Positions 8,180 through 17,057 of a DNA stretch of 25,891 nucleotides are shown here, piece after piece. Position 1 is the stretch's first letter. Every line of letters begins with the position of its first letter. This DNA comes from a virus. Lineage: Duplodnaviria > Caudoviricetes. The notes beneath the pieces are model-generated. The model saw only the letters and a list, made by a program, of their open reading frames with translations. It searched no databases and was not told where the DNA came from. The position numbers were made by a program, and so were the translations under genes. Where the stretch lies: positions 1 through 25,891 of the IMG/VR virus record IMGVR_UViG_3300007593_000213. One strand, given 5' to 3'.

Positions 8180-8665
8180 TTATTGAATAATATCGTCTAG
8201 TAATTCTATCTTTTCTCTTTTACTAGAATCTTTGCCTTGAAGTTTTCCCATTATTTCATCTCTTGTTGCTATTAAGATGTTATTTGTTTGTGTTCCAACA
8301 CCAAGAGATTTTGATGCTGTAGATTCCACCTTTGCAACTTCTAAATTGTTTTTATGCTGCTTTGCTTGCAAGTTGATTTTGTTTAGATTATCTATTGCTT
8401 TAGTTGTTGCACTGATTAATTGTGCTAATGATGCAATTTCTTTAGGATCTTGTCCGCTTATAACTAGATCTTTTAAATTGTTTACAGCTTCTAATCCCAC
8501 TTCAATTACTTGAGCCGTTTTTTCATATACGTAACTACTTACATTGTCGTCGGTTAGAGGAGGTGACGCTTCTCTTGTGACTTGTTTATTTAATTTTGGC
8601 TGTGCTGGCACTGAATCGATTCGCAATTGATCTATTATCGAATCTATTTCATTTGATTGTTCCAT
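8180..8665 (-). CDS. gp16: Terminase small subunit (T4-like gp16)
   Basis: VIEVGLEAVNNLKDLVISGQDPKEIASLAQLISATTKAIDNLNKI...TNNILIATRDEIMGKL parallels the gp16 pattern of T4-like cyanophages (helix-P-helix core, C-terminal TNN-hydrophobic strand); size fits. Confidence 0.65.
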   Translation of the reverse strand: MEQSNEIDSIIDQLRIDSVPAQPKLNKQVTREASPPLTDDNVSSYVYEKTAQVIEVGLEAVNNLKDLVISGQDPKEIASLAQLISATTKAIDNLNKINLQAKQHKNNLEVAKVESTASKSLGVGTQTNNILIATRDEIMGKLQGKDSSKREKIELLDDIIQ

Positions 8666-8695
8666 AATGATATATATATCTTACTAATTATTTAG

Positions 8696-8723
8696 TTGAT
8701 TGTTTCAATAATTCTACTATAAT
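8696..8723 (+). promoter_or_regulatory. Sigma70-like promoter for the dUTPase-like/clamp-loader pair
   Basis: TTGATT (8696-8701), 16-bp spacer, TATAAT (8718-8723); the ATG is 6 nt downstream. Confidence 0.5.
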
Positions 8724-8729
8724 ATAGAA

Positions 8730-9122
8730 ATGTTTGAAACTCCGAAAATATACTTCACAAAAACAAATGAAAATGCGGAACTTCCACATAGAGAAAACAT
8801 AAGTGATCCTGGATATTTATTCAAAGCAACAGAAGATATTACAATACCATCTAGAAATCAAATAAAGATTTCCACCAATCTCATCATAGAAGACATTGTA
8901 AGGGGCGTTTGGGGCTTAATAATGCCCACTGACGCTCTTAATGAAGAGTATGAAGTGTTTCCCCTTACAAAGATAATAAACAATACATTTAGAGGGGAAC
9001 TTAAGATTTGTCTTTACAATGCATCTGAAAATGATTATACATTAAAAAAAGGTGAAGTATATGCTAGAATTGTTTATATGCCACTGTTAACTATTGAACC
9101 AGAATTGAAAAAACATGAATAA
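8730..9122 (+). CDS. Trimeric dUTPase-fold protein with degenerate catalytic motifs (probable pseudo-enzyme)
   Basis: dUTPase spacing is retained (NAELP..., EDITIP, ISTNL, WGLIMP, FRGELKICLYN, YTLKKGE) but motifs I-IV are altered and motif V is absent. Confidence 0.75.
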   Translation: MFETPKIYFTKTNENAELPHRENISDPGYLFKATEDITIPSRNQIKISTNLIIEDIVRGVWGLIMPTDALNEEYEVFPLTKIINNTFRGELKICLYNASENDYTLKKGEVYARIVYMPLLTIEPELKKHE

Positions 9123-10059
9123 TCACTATAACACATTATGGGTTGAAAAATATCGTCCCAAAAATCTTGATGATATTATTTTAGATGGAGACGTTAAAGA
9201 ACACTTCAAGACAATTACTGAAGATGTTCCTAGTATATTGTTTTATGGACCTCCGGGTATCGGTAAGAGTAGTTTAGCAAAAATACTTGTAAATGACATA
9301 TTAAAGTGCCAATACCTTTACATAAACGCTTCTGATGAGAATGGTATTGATACTATCAGAAATAAGGTAATAACATTTGCTCAGACTCGTTCTATTGATT
9401 CCAAGAAAAAGATTGTTCTTTTGGAAGAAGCAGACGGTCTTACTGGTGAATCTTTAAGAATCCTTCGTAATGTTATGGAAGAGTACTGTGATACTACTCG
9501 TTTCATATTGACAGCTAACAATTTAAACAAGATCATGGAACCAATTAGATCTCGTTGTATTTTATTTAAAATTCAACCAACACTAAGAGGGTGTGCAGAT
9601 CGTTGTATTGAAATTCTAAAGAAGGAAAATATTCAATTTGATATTTCTTCTATTAAGAAAAATCTAACAAACTTTTTAAATGATAGATACCCAGATCTTA
9701 GAAGAATAATTAATGATTTGCAAAAATTCTCTGTAACAGGAACTTTAGTATTTCCAGAACAGTATGAAATCTCTAATATTTCTAGTTATATAATAGAAGG
9801 ACTAGTTTCTAAAAGTATATCTTCATTAGAAATACGAAAAAAGATAATAGAATCGGAAAAGGACTTTAATGGTGATTATCAAGAACTGATGAAAAATATA
9901 TTTGAATATACCTATAAATCAGACGATTTAACAGATAAAGTAAAAAGAAGTCTTTTGATTGATTTAGGAGAATACATGTATAGAGACAATTTCGTGTTGG
10001 ATCATGAAATCAATTTCTTTTGCTGTATTCTAGCAATAGAAAACTCTATTTGTTCTTAG
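9115..10059 (+). CDS. gp44: Clamp loader AAA+ subunit (T4 gp44 / RFC small subunit-like)
   Basis: LWVEKYRP, Walker A GPPGIGKS, INASDENGIDTIR, Walker B LLEEAD, FILTAN, SRC arginine finger, PDLRRIINDLQ. Confidence 0.9.
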   Translation: MNNHYNTLWVEKYRPKNLDDIILDGDVKEHFKTITEDVPSILFYGPPGIGKSSLAKILVNDILKCQYLYINASDENGIDTIRNKVITFAQTRSIDSKKKIVLLEEADGLTGESLRILRNVMEEYCDTTRFILTANNLNKIMEPIRSRCILFKIQPTLRGCADRCIEILKKENIQFDISSIKKNLTNFLNDRYPDLRRIINDLQKFSVTGTLVFPEQYEISNISSYIIEGLVSKSISSLEIRKKIIESEKDFNGDYQELMKNIFEYTYKSDDLTDKVKRSLLIDLGEYMYRDNFVLDHEINFFCCILAIENSICS

Positions 10060-10654
10060 ATTTTTTTCTTTTAGGACCAGTAAAATATTTCTTTGCAATA
10101 GCAGGAGAAGCTGGAATAGATGTTTGTGCTGTTGCTAGTTTATTATCTATTGGATGATTATTAAGACCCTTGAAAGCATCAGTATCCACTGGTATTGGTT
10201 TACATTGAGCGTAATTATCGTATTTTTCGTATTTATTCGGAACCCCTTGTACTGGTGGTAAATTTACTCCAAAATCTAAAACTTCTACAAGCTCAAAGTC
10301 TCCCGGAACTTGAAATTCATTGAATTCAGTAGGTGATTGTAATGAACGTGGATCTGTTTTTAATGTTAAAATAATATTAATAGATCCTGCTAAATCATTT
10401 GCATCTTTAGCAGATGCATTTGTGCTGTTACCAGCAATATCATGAATAAAAAAGAATAGATTTGGATTTTCTTCTATTCTACTTCTAAGCCACTGATCAA
10501 AGCTAGAATCTTTCTGATATCTTGCTTTATAAAAATCAGAATTAAAAAACTCCTTACGTAGTTTTACTGGAGTATTTGTACGAAATCCACCATTTGAATG
10601 ATGTGTATGTGCCTTTTCGCACAATGTTTCAAATTTATTAAATTTTTTACTCAT
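10046..10654 (-). CDS. Hypothetical protein (probable start MSKKFNKF at 10654 rather than 10687)
   Basis: Long ORF; the upstream ATG at 10687 would overlap the divergent promoter boxes, whereas the ATG at 10654 lies downstream of a - strand GTAAATA box. Confidence 0.65.
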   Translation of the reverse strand: MSKKFNKFETLCEKAHTHHSNGGFRTNTPVKLRKEFFNSDFYKARYQKDSSFDQWLRSRIEENPNLFFFIHDIAGNSTNASAKDANDLAGSINIILTLKTDPRSLQSPTEFNEFQVPGDFELVEVLDFGVNLPPVQGVPNKYEKYDNYAQCKPIPVDTDAFKGLNNHPIDNKLATAQTSIPASPAIAKKYFTGPKRKKSKNK

Positions 10655-10671
10655 ATATATTAGGTTTTTGT

Positions 10672-10685
10672 CATAAATATTTACC
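10672..10685. promoter_or_regulatory. Overlapping divergent late-type promoter boxes (palindrome TAAATATTTA at 10674-10683)
   Basis: Reads CATAAATA on + (towards gp25) and GGTAAATA on - (towards the hypothetical) in a 35-bp divergent gap. Confidence 0.55.
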
Positions 10686-10689
10686 ATAC

Positions 10690-11196
10690 ATGGCTGCTAT
10701 TTACATAGATAATCTAATAAAACCTAGAGAAATAAATTCTCCTAGTAGTTATCCTTCAAAAGAAACTGTACAAAATAAATTTGTATATACAGATTTAAAA
10801 TTAGATTTAAAAGAAGCCAAAAATTTAGGAAACGGATTAAATCCTGCTATTTCCAATGATATTGAGGCTTCTTATGACTTAGAGGCAATAAGAAACTCTC
10901 TTTATAATATTTTTACAACAAGAAAGGGGCAAAAATTATTAAATCCTCTTTTTGGAGGTTCTTTAGATCAACATTTATTTGAAAATATCACAGAATTTAA
11001 AGCTAAAATATTGGGAGACAGCATCGTAGACTCTGTTTCAAGATTTGAAAATAGAGTGCGAGTAGATTCTGTACAAGTAATGCCAATGTATGATGAAAAT
11101 CAATATTACGTAATATTTAATTATACTATATTAAATATAAAAGATATTAAAAAATTTGAAATATTATTTAATGCAAATAACATAACATTTATATGA
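10690..11196 (+). CDS. gp25: Baseplate wedge subunit (T4 gp25-like)
   Basis: YTDLKLDL, DLEAIRNSLYNIFTTRKGQKLLNPLFGGSLDQHLFE, SRFENRVRV match the gp25/GPW family. Confidence 0.9.
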   Translation: MAAIYIDNLIKPREINSPSSYPSKETVQNKFVYTDLKLDLKEAKNLGNGLNPAISNDIEASYDLEAIRNSLYNIFTTRKGQKLLNPLFGGSLDQHLFENITEFKAKILGDSIVDSVSRFENRVRVDSVQVMPMYDENQYYVIFNYTILNIKDIKKFEILFNANNITFI

Positions 11197-12989
11197 GCGA
11201 TATAGCCCCATTTAACAAAAATTCTTACATTGCCTTTGATGGTGTCAGTATTCGTGACATCATTGTAAATCGTCTTAATCAAGGAAAGGTATTTACCGAT
11301 CAAAATTATCAAGGATCTAACTTATCTGCTCTTATTGATGTTTTAAGTTATACTTTTAATACTTTATTATATTATTTAAACAAAACTTCTTCGGAGAGTA
11401 TGTTTTCAGAAGCACAAATATATGAAAACATGAATAGAATAGTAAAGCTTTTGAATTATAGACCCATTGGTAGATTAGGACAAAATGTTCCATTCAGATT
11501 GTTTGCAAATTCTAACATACCAAGAGGAAATTATTTTGTTCCTAGATATAGTTATGTAAATGTCGGAGGAACACAATATTCTATAAACAAAGACATGGTA
11601 TTCTCAAAGTTATTTGATGGAACTGCCGAAATAAATGATGTCAATAATAGCTATCTCTTATATCAAGGAAGTTTCAAAGAATATCCAATATATACAGCAT
11701 CTGGTATTGATAATGAAGTTTTATTTTTATCATTAGGAGATTCTGTAAAAATAGATCACTTTAATATTTTTGTATATGTAAAAGAAAAAAATTCTGACAA
11801 GTGGGATGAATGGACAAACGTTTCTGACATATTTTTATATACATCAACAGACAATGTATATACTACAAGATTCAATCAGAATTTAAGATATGAAATCCAA
11901 TTTGGAAATGGTATAACAGGAAAAAAAATAAACGAAGGAGATCAAATAGCAGTTTATTATTTACAAATAGATGATACTACTCCTTCTTTGGGACAAGGTG
12001 CATTGGATAATTCTAAATTTATTAATTTTAATAGTACTAGATACAATGAAATATTGTCTTCTATTTCTTTTAATTTTAATTCAAAAATAGACACAACACA
12101 ATTAAATTACATTTCAATTACCAATGATTATCCTTCAAATTCATATACTGATTATGAAAATGTAGATAATATAAGAAACAATGCCCCACAAGCATTTACT
12201 GCTCAACAAAGACTTGTTACTGCATTGGACTATGAAGTTTATATGAGATCTAATTTTCCTAATATCATTACAGATAATAGAGTTGTTAGTAACGAAGATT
12301 ATATGAGAGGCCATATGAGATATTTGTATAACATAGGATTGAATAATCCACAAATTCAAAATCAAGTTTTATTCAATCAAGTTAAATTTTCAAATTCTTG
12401 TAATTTCAATAATTTATACATATATACAATACCAAATAATAATTCACAAAACTTTTTATCTCCACCTCAAAAAGAAATAATTATAAATAGCTTGTCACCC
12501 AATAAAACAATAGCAGCAAATCCTGTTTTAATAGATCCTATATTTATGAATTTGGATTTTTATATAAAACCTCCATTTGGAAATGCTAGTTTTGATGATC
12601 TATCTAATTGCAAATTAAGAATAGTTAAAAGCAAATATACTAGAAGAGCATCTTCTAGTATATTACTAGAAATACAAAATTTATTTAAAAATACCTTTAA
12701 TCATACCACATCAAAACTAGGAGATTTAATAAACATAAATCAATTAAATTCTGATATATTGAATATGGATGGTGTGGATTATATAGAAACATATAGATCA
12801 GATTCTGATACTTCCATTAATGGATTGTCATTAATGATGTGGAATGATTTATATCCTGAATTAGATACTAGGGTATATACACAAAATGTTAAATTAGATT
12901 TCTTCCAATATCCTTTATTTTATAACGTAGCAAATATATCTTCTAGAATAGAAATAGTAGAAGATATCGCATCAGTTTCAAAAATATAA
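11193..12989 (+). CDS. gp6: Baseplate wedge subunit (T4 gp6-like)
   Basis: FTDQNYQGSNLSALIDVLSY, ESMFSEAQIYEN, LLNYRP, YEIQFGNGITGKK, ENVDNIRNNAPQAFTAQQRLVTALDY; ATGA overlap with gp25. Confidence 0.9.
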   Translation: MSDIAPFNKNSYIAFDGVSIRDIIVNRLNQGKVFTDQNYQGSNLSALIDVLSYTFNTLLYYLNKTSSESMFSEAQIYENMNRIVKLLNYRPIGRLGQNVPFRLFANSNIPRGNYFVPRYSYVNVGGTQYSINKDMVFSKLFDGTAEINDVNNSYLLYQGSFKEYPIYTASGIDNEVLFLSLGDSVKIDHFNIFVYVKEKNSDKWDEWTNVSDIFLYTSTDNVYTTRFNQNLRYEIQFGNGITGKKINEGDQIAVYYLQIDDTTPSLGQGALDNSKFINFNSTRYNEILSSISFNFNSKIDTTQLNYISITNDYPSNSYTDYENVDNIRNNAPQAFTAQQRLVTALDYEVYMRSNFPNIITDNRVVSNEDYMRGHMRYLYNIGLNNPQIQNQVLFNQVKFSNSCNFNNLYIYTIPNNNSQNFLSPPQKEIIINSLSPNKTIAANPVLIDPIFMNLDFYIKPPFGNASFDDLSNCKLRIVKSKYTRRASSSILLEIQNLFKNTFNHTTSKLGDLININQLNSDILNMDGVDYIETYRSDSDTSINGLSLMMWNDLYPELDTRVYTQNVKLDFFQYPLFYNVANISSRIEIVEDIASVSKI

Positions 12990-12993
12990 TTAA

Positions 12994-15900
12994 ATGTCTC
13001 TTCCAATTATAATTCCCAATCAAACGTTTTCTTTATCTGCTGGTAATTATGCTGTATACCAGATAGACAGAACAGGTACTACTCCGCTTACTTGGACTAT
13101 AGTAGGATTGCCAGATGGATTGACTTTTGATTATGTAAATGGTGGATTTTATGGAACTCCTATACAAGCAGGTGTTTTTTATTCCTTTGTTGTTTTACAA
13201 AATTCCGAAGGAACAGATTCTTCTGTTGTTGAATTTAAAATAGAAGATGTATATTCAAGTTCTGTAGTTTCCTTTTCTATTTCTCCAAATAAAGGATATG
13301 CTAATTCTACTCCTTTTCAATTTGTTCCTATAATAGCAGGATCCCAAAAACCAATTTTACTTACATGGGAATTTGGTGATGGAAGTATATCAAATGAACA
13401 AAATCCTATACACATATATAAAGTTCCTGGAAAATATATTGCAAAATTACATGTACACTTTAAAGGAAAGGTTATATCTTATAATACGGAAATATTTGTA
13501 AATCTTTTAATAAACGAATCTGTATATTTTGATTTTGTTCCTCCTCCAACATTTTCTGGACATTATAATAGATATCCCTTTAAAGTAAATTTCACATCCT
13601 CTAAAAAAGGACCGCATTATATAGATTTAGGAGCACAATTTTCAAGATCATATCAATTACAAGAGGTTGAAAATAAATGGTCATTTTTAAGACCACATTG
13701 GAGATTTGTAGATTTGTTGGGAAATGAAATTAGTACAATAATTCCTAATGAAACTGAAATATATACTACAGATTTAGGTGCAATAAATACACAAGGAACT
13801 GGATTATTTTCTGGAGTAACAGGAACTGCGGAGTTCTATTTCATTGACGATATTTATAACTATGATCTATCCGTTAAGGACGATGCATATTCAACAGTAA
13901 TTGCTACATTAAAGACAAATGAAATAAAATCAATTCATGATGGATTTCATGTCAATAATGATTTACCAGGATTTTCTAATAGTTTAGCAACTGCTTCTTG
14001 TCCGTATATGGTTTTACATAGACCAGTTGATAATGTAAACATAACCGATAATGGAAAAACATATAGTGGATTAAAATTTGAAAATGCTCAACAACCAGTA
14101 ATAATAAATACAAATTACTTAAAACCATTTCCAGAACCATTTTACTGGAAAGATGATAGTAACGAAGTTGATGTATATTATCCTAGAAAAAATGAATTTT
14201 CGCATAATTTTCCATTAGAAAATCAAAATAATGTTACTGTAAATGCAGGAGCAACTGGAATGCGTGTTGATTTTGTCCCATTGCCAACATTTGAATGGAA
14301 AGATAAAGACAATTTAAAAACACCTGGATATTATAAAGGAAATTTCATAATACAAGACATTTTAACAGCAAATCCTATTCTTACAGCAAGTGCTGACATA
14401 ACATATCCTCCACTTTCTACACAACATCATAGTCCTATTTTATGGATATCAAATCCAGAAGCGGGATTGATGACTACTGCTCAGTATATTTTCAGAGACT
14501 CTCTTTCTGCTGCGTTTGACACTCCTAACATGAAAATAGCAGTTGTTAATAATTTCAACATGCCGATAATAAGGAAAGTTGATTTCACTACAGATGCAAT
14601 GGCTATTACTGGATTTCATGGTATTAACAGCATAGCAGCATTGCCATTACCAGCTTATCATGCATGGGCATTAGACTCAGAATTGAATTACCTTTATAGA
14701 TTAACAACAAAGGGAACTATTTTATGTGCTATTGACATAAATCAAATTATAAGAGATAATAGTTTAGGATTTTTAACAAATGAATATGCTTCACCAGCAT
14801 CTATCGTGTTGGATGGTAAACAAAACATTTGGATGACTCTTTATGATACGGTATCTACTTTAAAATTTGATAGATTTGGAAACTTTTTGTTTGCAACTAC
14901 ACCTTTAAGCAGTACGGGATACATATTCCCTCCAGCACCTAATATTGAAGGTCCTTGGTATGCTCAAAATTCATACTATGATTATGATGAATCTGAACAA
15001 TATGATTGGAATACTGTAAATAATAAAGATGTAAATTTTGTAGAACCTACATACATAGATTCAGATACAAAAAACAATGTCTGGGTATCATATTCTCATT
15101 ATGCTAGTGGATATTTAGTTAAATACGATTCTAATGGAGGTCTTATATATTCACACACATACCCAGTATGTTCTTGTCCTCAATCAATAGCAATTGATGC
15201 TGATGATAATGTTTGGATTGCTCTTTCTAATAATATATGGAGTTCTAGAGAATGTACATTAGAAAAGAGATCCTCTACTGGTACATTGTTAAGTTCATTC
15301 TACCCTATTATGGGTTTAAATCATTTAACTCTTGATTGGGATCAAAATATTTGGTTTACATTTAGCTATAGTCATATAGGGAATATAAACACAAAGTCTG
15401 GAAGTATATTTGTTACTGATTTGTCTGGAACAGGAGTCACTAAAAATGCCTCTGATTGGTTCGATCCTTCTGATAATACCGATGAAACCGCTTTAGAGGG
15501 TATTGGATGCGATTTAAAAGGAAGAGTATATGTTATAAATTCTATAGAGAATCAAGTGTATGTTTTAGACACAAGAACTAAGAAATTTTTAAATAAATTT
15601 TATGTGAATCCTCAAGGATTCACGTTTTATATGGATGATCAGTCATCTTCCACCAGAATGCTTGCTGATATTTGGGGAAAATCTTTACAAGCAAACGGAG
15701 ATTGGACTGGATTGAGGTGGGTTAGAAAACATGGACACGAATTACCTTATTATACAACAGATACTTTTACGGATTATATAACAGGATCGACTGATAAAAT
15801 CAATTACATTACAAATGATATAAAATCTATAGCCAAATTAAATGAAAATTTTGATATGGCAGATTACATGAAATCTTTAGCGTTCATGCCTTCTTTAATA

Positions 15901-16587
15901 GAAAGTAATGTATTATTTGATGACTTTTTAGGTTCTATAATGGGGAAATATCCATTTAGAAATGATGATTTGGGTGTAAATGTTTATGAAAAAATTTCAA
16001 ACTTTACAATAAACAATGCAGATGTTGATTATTGCAATATAGATCAATTAAACAGCATGGCAATGACATTGAATGTAGATCCAAATGATCTTAACTTTAA
16101 TCTTCCATTGTCTTTAAAATCTATACTGAACATATGTAGTATAAATCAATCCAGATTGTTTGGTTCTATTTCTTTACAAGAAGATGCGTTTTCAAAAATA
16201 AACAATCAAGACGTATTAAACAGAGGAGATCTTATATCCTCTTTGTGTTATACAGTAACAGCAGGAACTCCTGTTGTTTTAAAAGATAAATCAATTAATA
16301 AATATCAAAAAATAGAAACATCTGAAATAAACAGTTGTTCTGCATATTCAATTTCAGTTTTAGCAGAATATATAGGACTAGGAAATAGTGATTGGGATTC
16401 TTATTACGAGTTTTATACCTTTAATCCTAGCTATGATTTAACTAATATAGAAGGCATTATAGATTGGAATAACGATAAAACTACTATAAACAGAAATCTA
16501 TCGAGTTCTAAATATTGGTACGGACAAGATGGATATCTATCATATGTTTTAATATATGATTTATATAAAGGATTGGGTTTAATTTAA
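12994..16587 (+). CDS. Large baseplate-associated protein: Ig-like + PKD domains, beta-propeller repeats, possible gp7-like C-terminal region
   Basis: GLPDGLTFD...FYGTP (putative Ig), TWEFGDGSISNEQNPIHIYKVPGKY (PKD), repeated PxxIxxDxxxNVWV/IW blades, C-terminal DVDYCNIDQLNSMA; immediately follows gp6. Confidence 0.7.
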   Translation: MSLPIIIPNQTFSLSAGNYAVYQIDRTGTTPLTWTIVGLPDGLTFDYVNGGFYGTPIQAGVFYSFVVLQNSEGTDSSVVEFKIEDVYSSSVVSFSISPNKGYANSTPFQFVPIIAGSQKPILLTWEFGDGSISNEQNPIHIYKVPGKYIAKLHVHFKGKVISYNTEIFVNLLINESVYFDFVPPPTFSGHYNRYPFKVNFTSSKKGPHYIDLGAQFSRSYQLQEVENKWSFLRPHWRFVDLLGNEISTIIPNETEIYTTDLGAINTQGTGLFSGVTGTAEFYFIDDIYNYDLSVKDDAYSTVIATLKTNEIKSIHDGFHVNNDLPGFSNSLATASCPYMVLHRPVDNVNITDNGKTYSGLKFENAQQPVIINTNYLKPFPEPFYWKDDSNEVDVYYPRKNEFSHNFPLENQNNVTVNAGATGMRVDFVPLPTFEWKDKDNLKTPGYYKGNFIIQDILTANPILTASADITYPPLSTQHHSPILWISNPEAGLMTTAQYIFRDSLSAAFDTPNMKIAVVNNFNMPIIRKVDFTTDAMAITGFHGINSIAALPLPAYHAWALDSELNYLYRLTTKGTILCAIDINQIIRDNSLGFLTNEYASPASIVLDGKQNIWMTLYDTVSTLKFDRFGNFLFATTPLSSTGYIFPPAPNIEGPWYAQNSYYDYDESEQYDWNTVNNKDVNFVEPTYIDSDTKNNVWVSYSHYASGYLVKYDSNGGLIYSHTYPVCSCPQSIAIDADDNVWIALSNNIWSSRECTLEKRSSTGTLLSSFYPIMGLNHLTLDWDQNIWFTFSYSHIGNINTKSGSIFVTDLSGTGVTKNASDWFDPSDNTDETALEGIGCDLKGRVYVINSIENQVYVLDTRTKKFLNKFYVNPQGFTFYMDDQSSSTRMLADIWGKSLQANGDWTGLRWVRKHGHELPYYTTDTFTDYITGSTDKINYITNDIKSIAKLNENFDMADYMKSLAFMPSLIESNVLFDDFLGSIMGKYPFRNDDLGVNVYEKISNFTINNADVDYCNIDQLNSMAMTLNVDPNDLNFNLPLSLKSILNICSINQSRLFGSISLQEDAFSKINNQDVLNRGDLISSLCYTVTAGTPVVLKDKSINKYQKIETSEINSCSAYSISVLAEYIGLGNSDWDSYYEFYTFNPSYDLTNIEGIIDWNNDKTTINRNLSSSKYWYGQDGYLSYVLIYDLYKGLGLI

Positions 16588-17054
16588 GTTTTAACAGTAG
16601 ATATTAAATAATTTGCTTTATTAAAAGCAGATAATATCTCTTCTATTTTATTATTAATTCCAGTCTTAGATTGTGTTATAAATGTATTAAGTTCCAAGGA
16701 AGTTAAAATTGCTGATATTTCTTTATAAACAGAAAAATAAGTATCAATAATTCTATCAGAATCATCTCTAAATTGAGAAATGTTGTTTATGTCTAAACAT
16801 TGACATTGTGATATTATTTTAGGAAAAATAATATCATTTTGTCTAACAGTTCCTATAATTTCTTCTTGAAGAGAATCAAATAAATCATCTAAATCATCAT
16901 ATAAATCACCTAGTATGATATGAACAGGATGGTTCAATACATACCAATGAATCATTTTAATAGAAGATAATGTCTTCAATAAAAATGATCCAAATTCTCT
17001 AGTTGTATCTAAAGAATTCGTGCTTGCTTGTGTTGTTATTATTTGTATTTCCAT
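16584..17054 (-). CDS. Dps/ferritin-like four-helix-bundle protein
   Basis: IKMIHWYVLNHPVHIILGDLYDDLDDLFDSLQEEIIG (HW...H...DxxxE pattern) and terminal IEEILSAFNKANYLI; 156 aa. Confidence 0.7.
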   Translation of the reverse strand: MEIQIITTQASTNSLDTTREFGSFLLKTLSSIKMIHWYVLNHPVHIILGDLYDDLDDLFDSLQEEIIGTVRQNDIIFPKIISQCQCLDINNISQFRDDSDRIIDTYFSVYKEISAILTSLELNTFITQSKTGINNKIEEILSAFNKANYLISTVKT

Positions 17055-17057
17055 AAT

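Noticed and set aside
10655-10687. Longer start (MVNIYD...) for the - strand hypothetical
   Set aside because: It would overlap the divergent promoter palindrome and lie 2 nt from the gp25 start; the ATG at 10654 fits better.
16584-16587. Convergent genes sharing TTAA stop codons (also the 14-bp convergent overlap at 10046-10059)
   Set aside because: Ordinary genome compaction in AT-rich phages.
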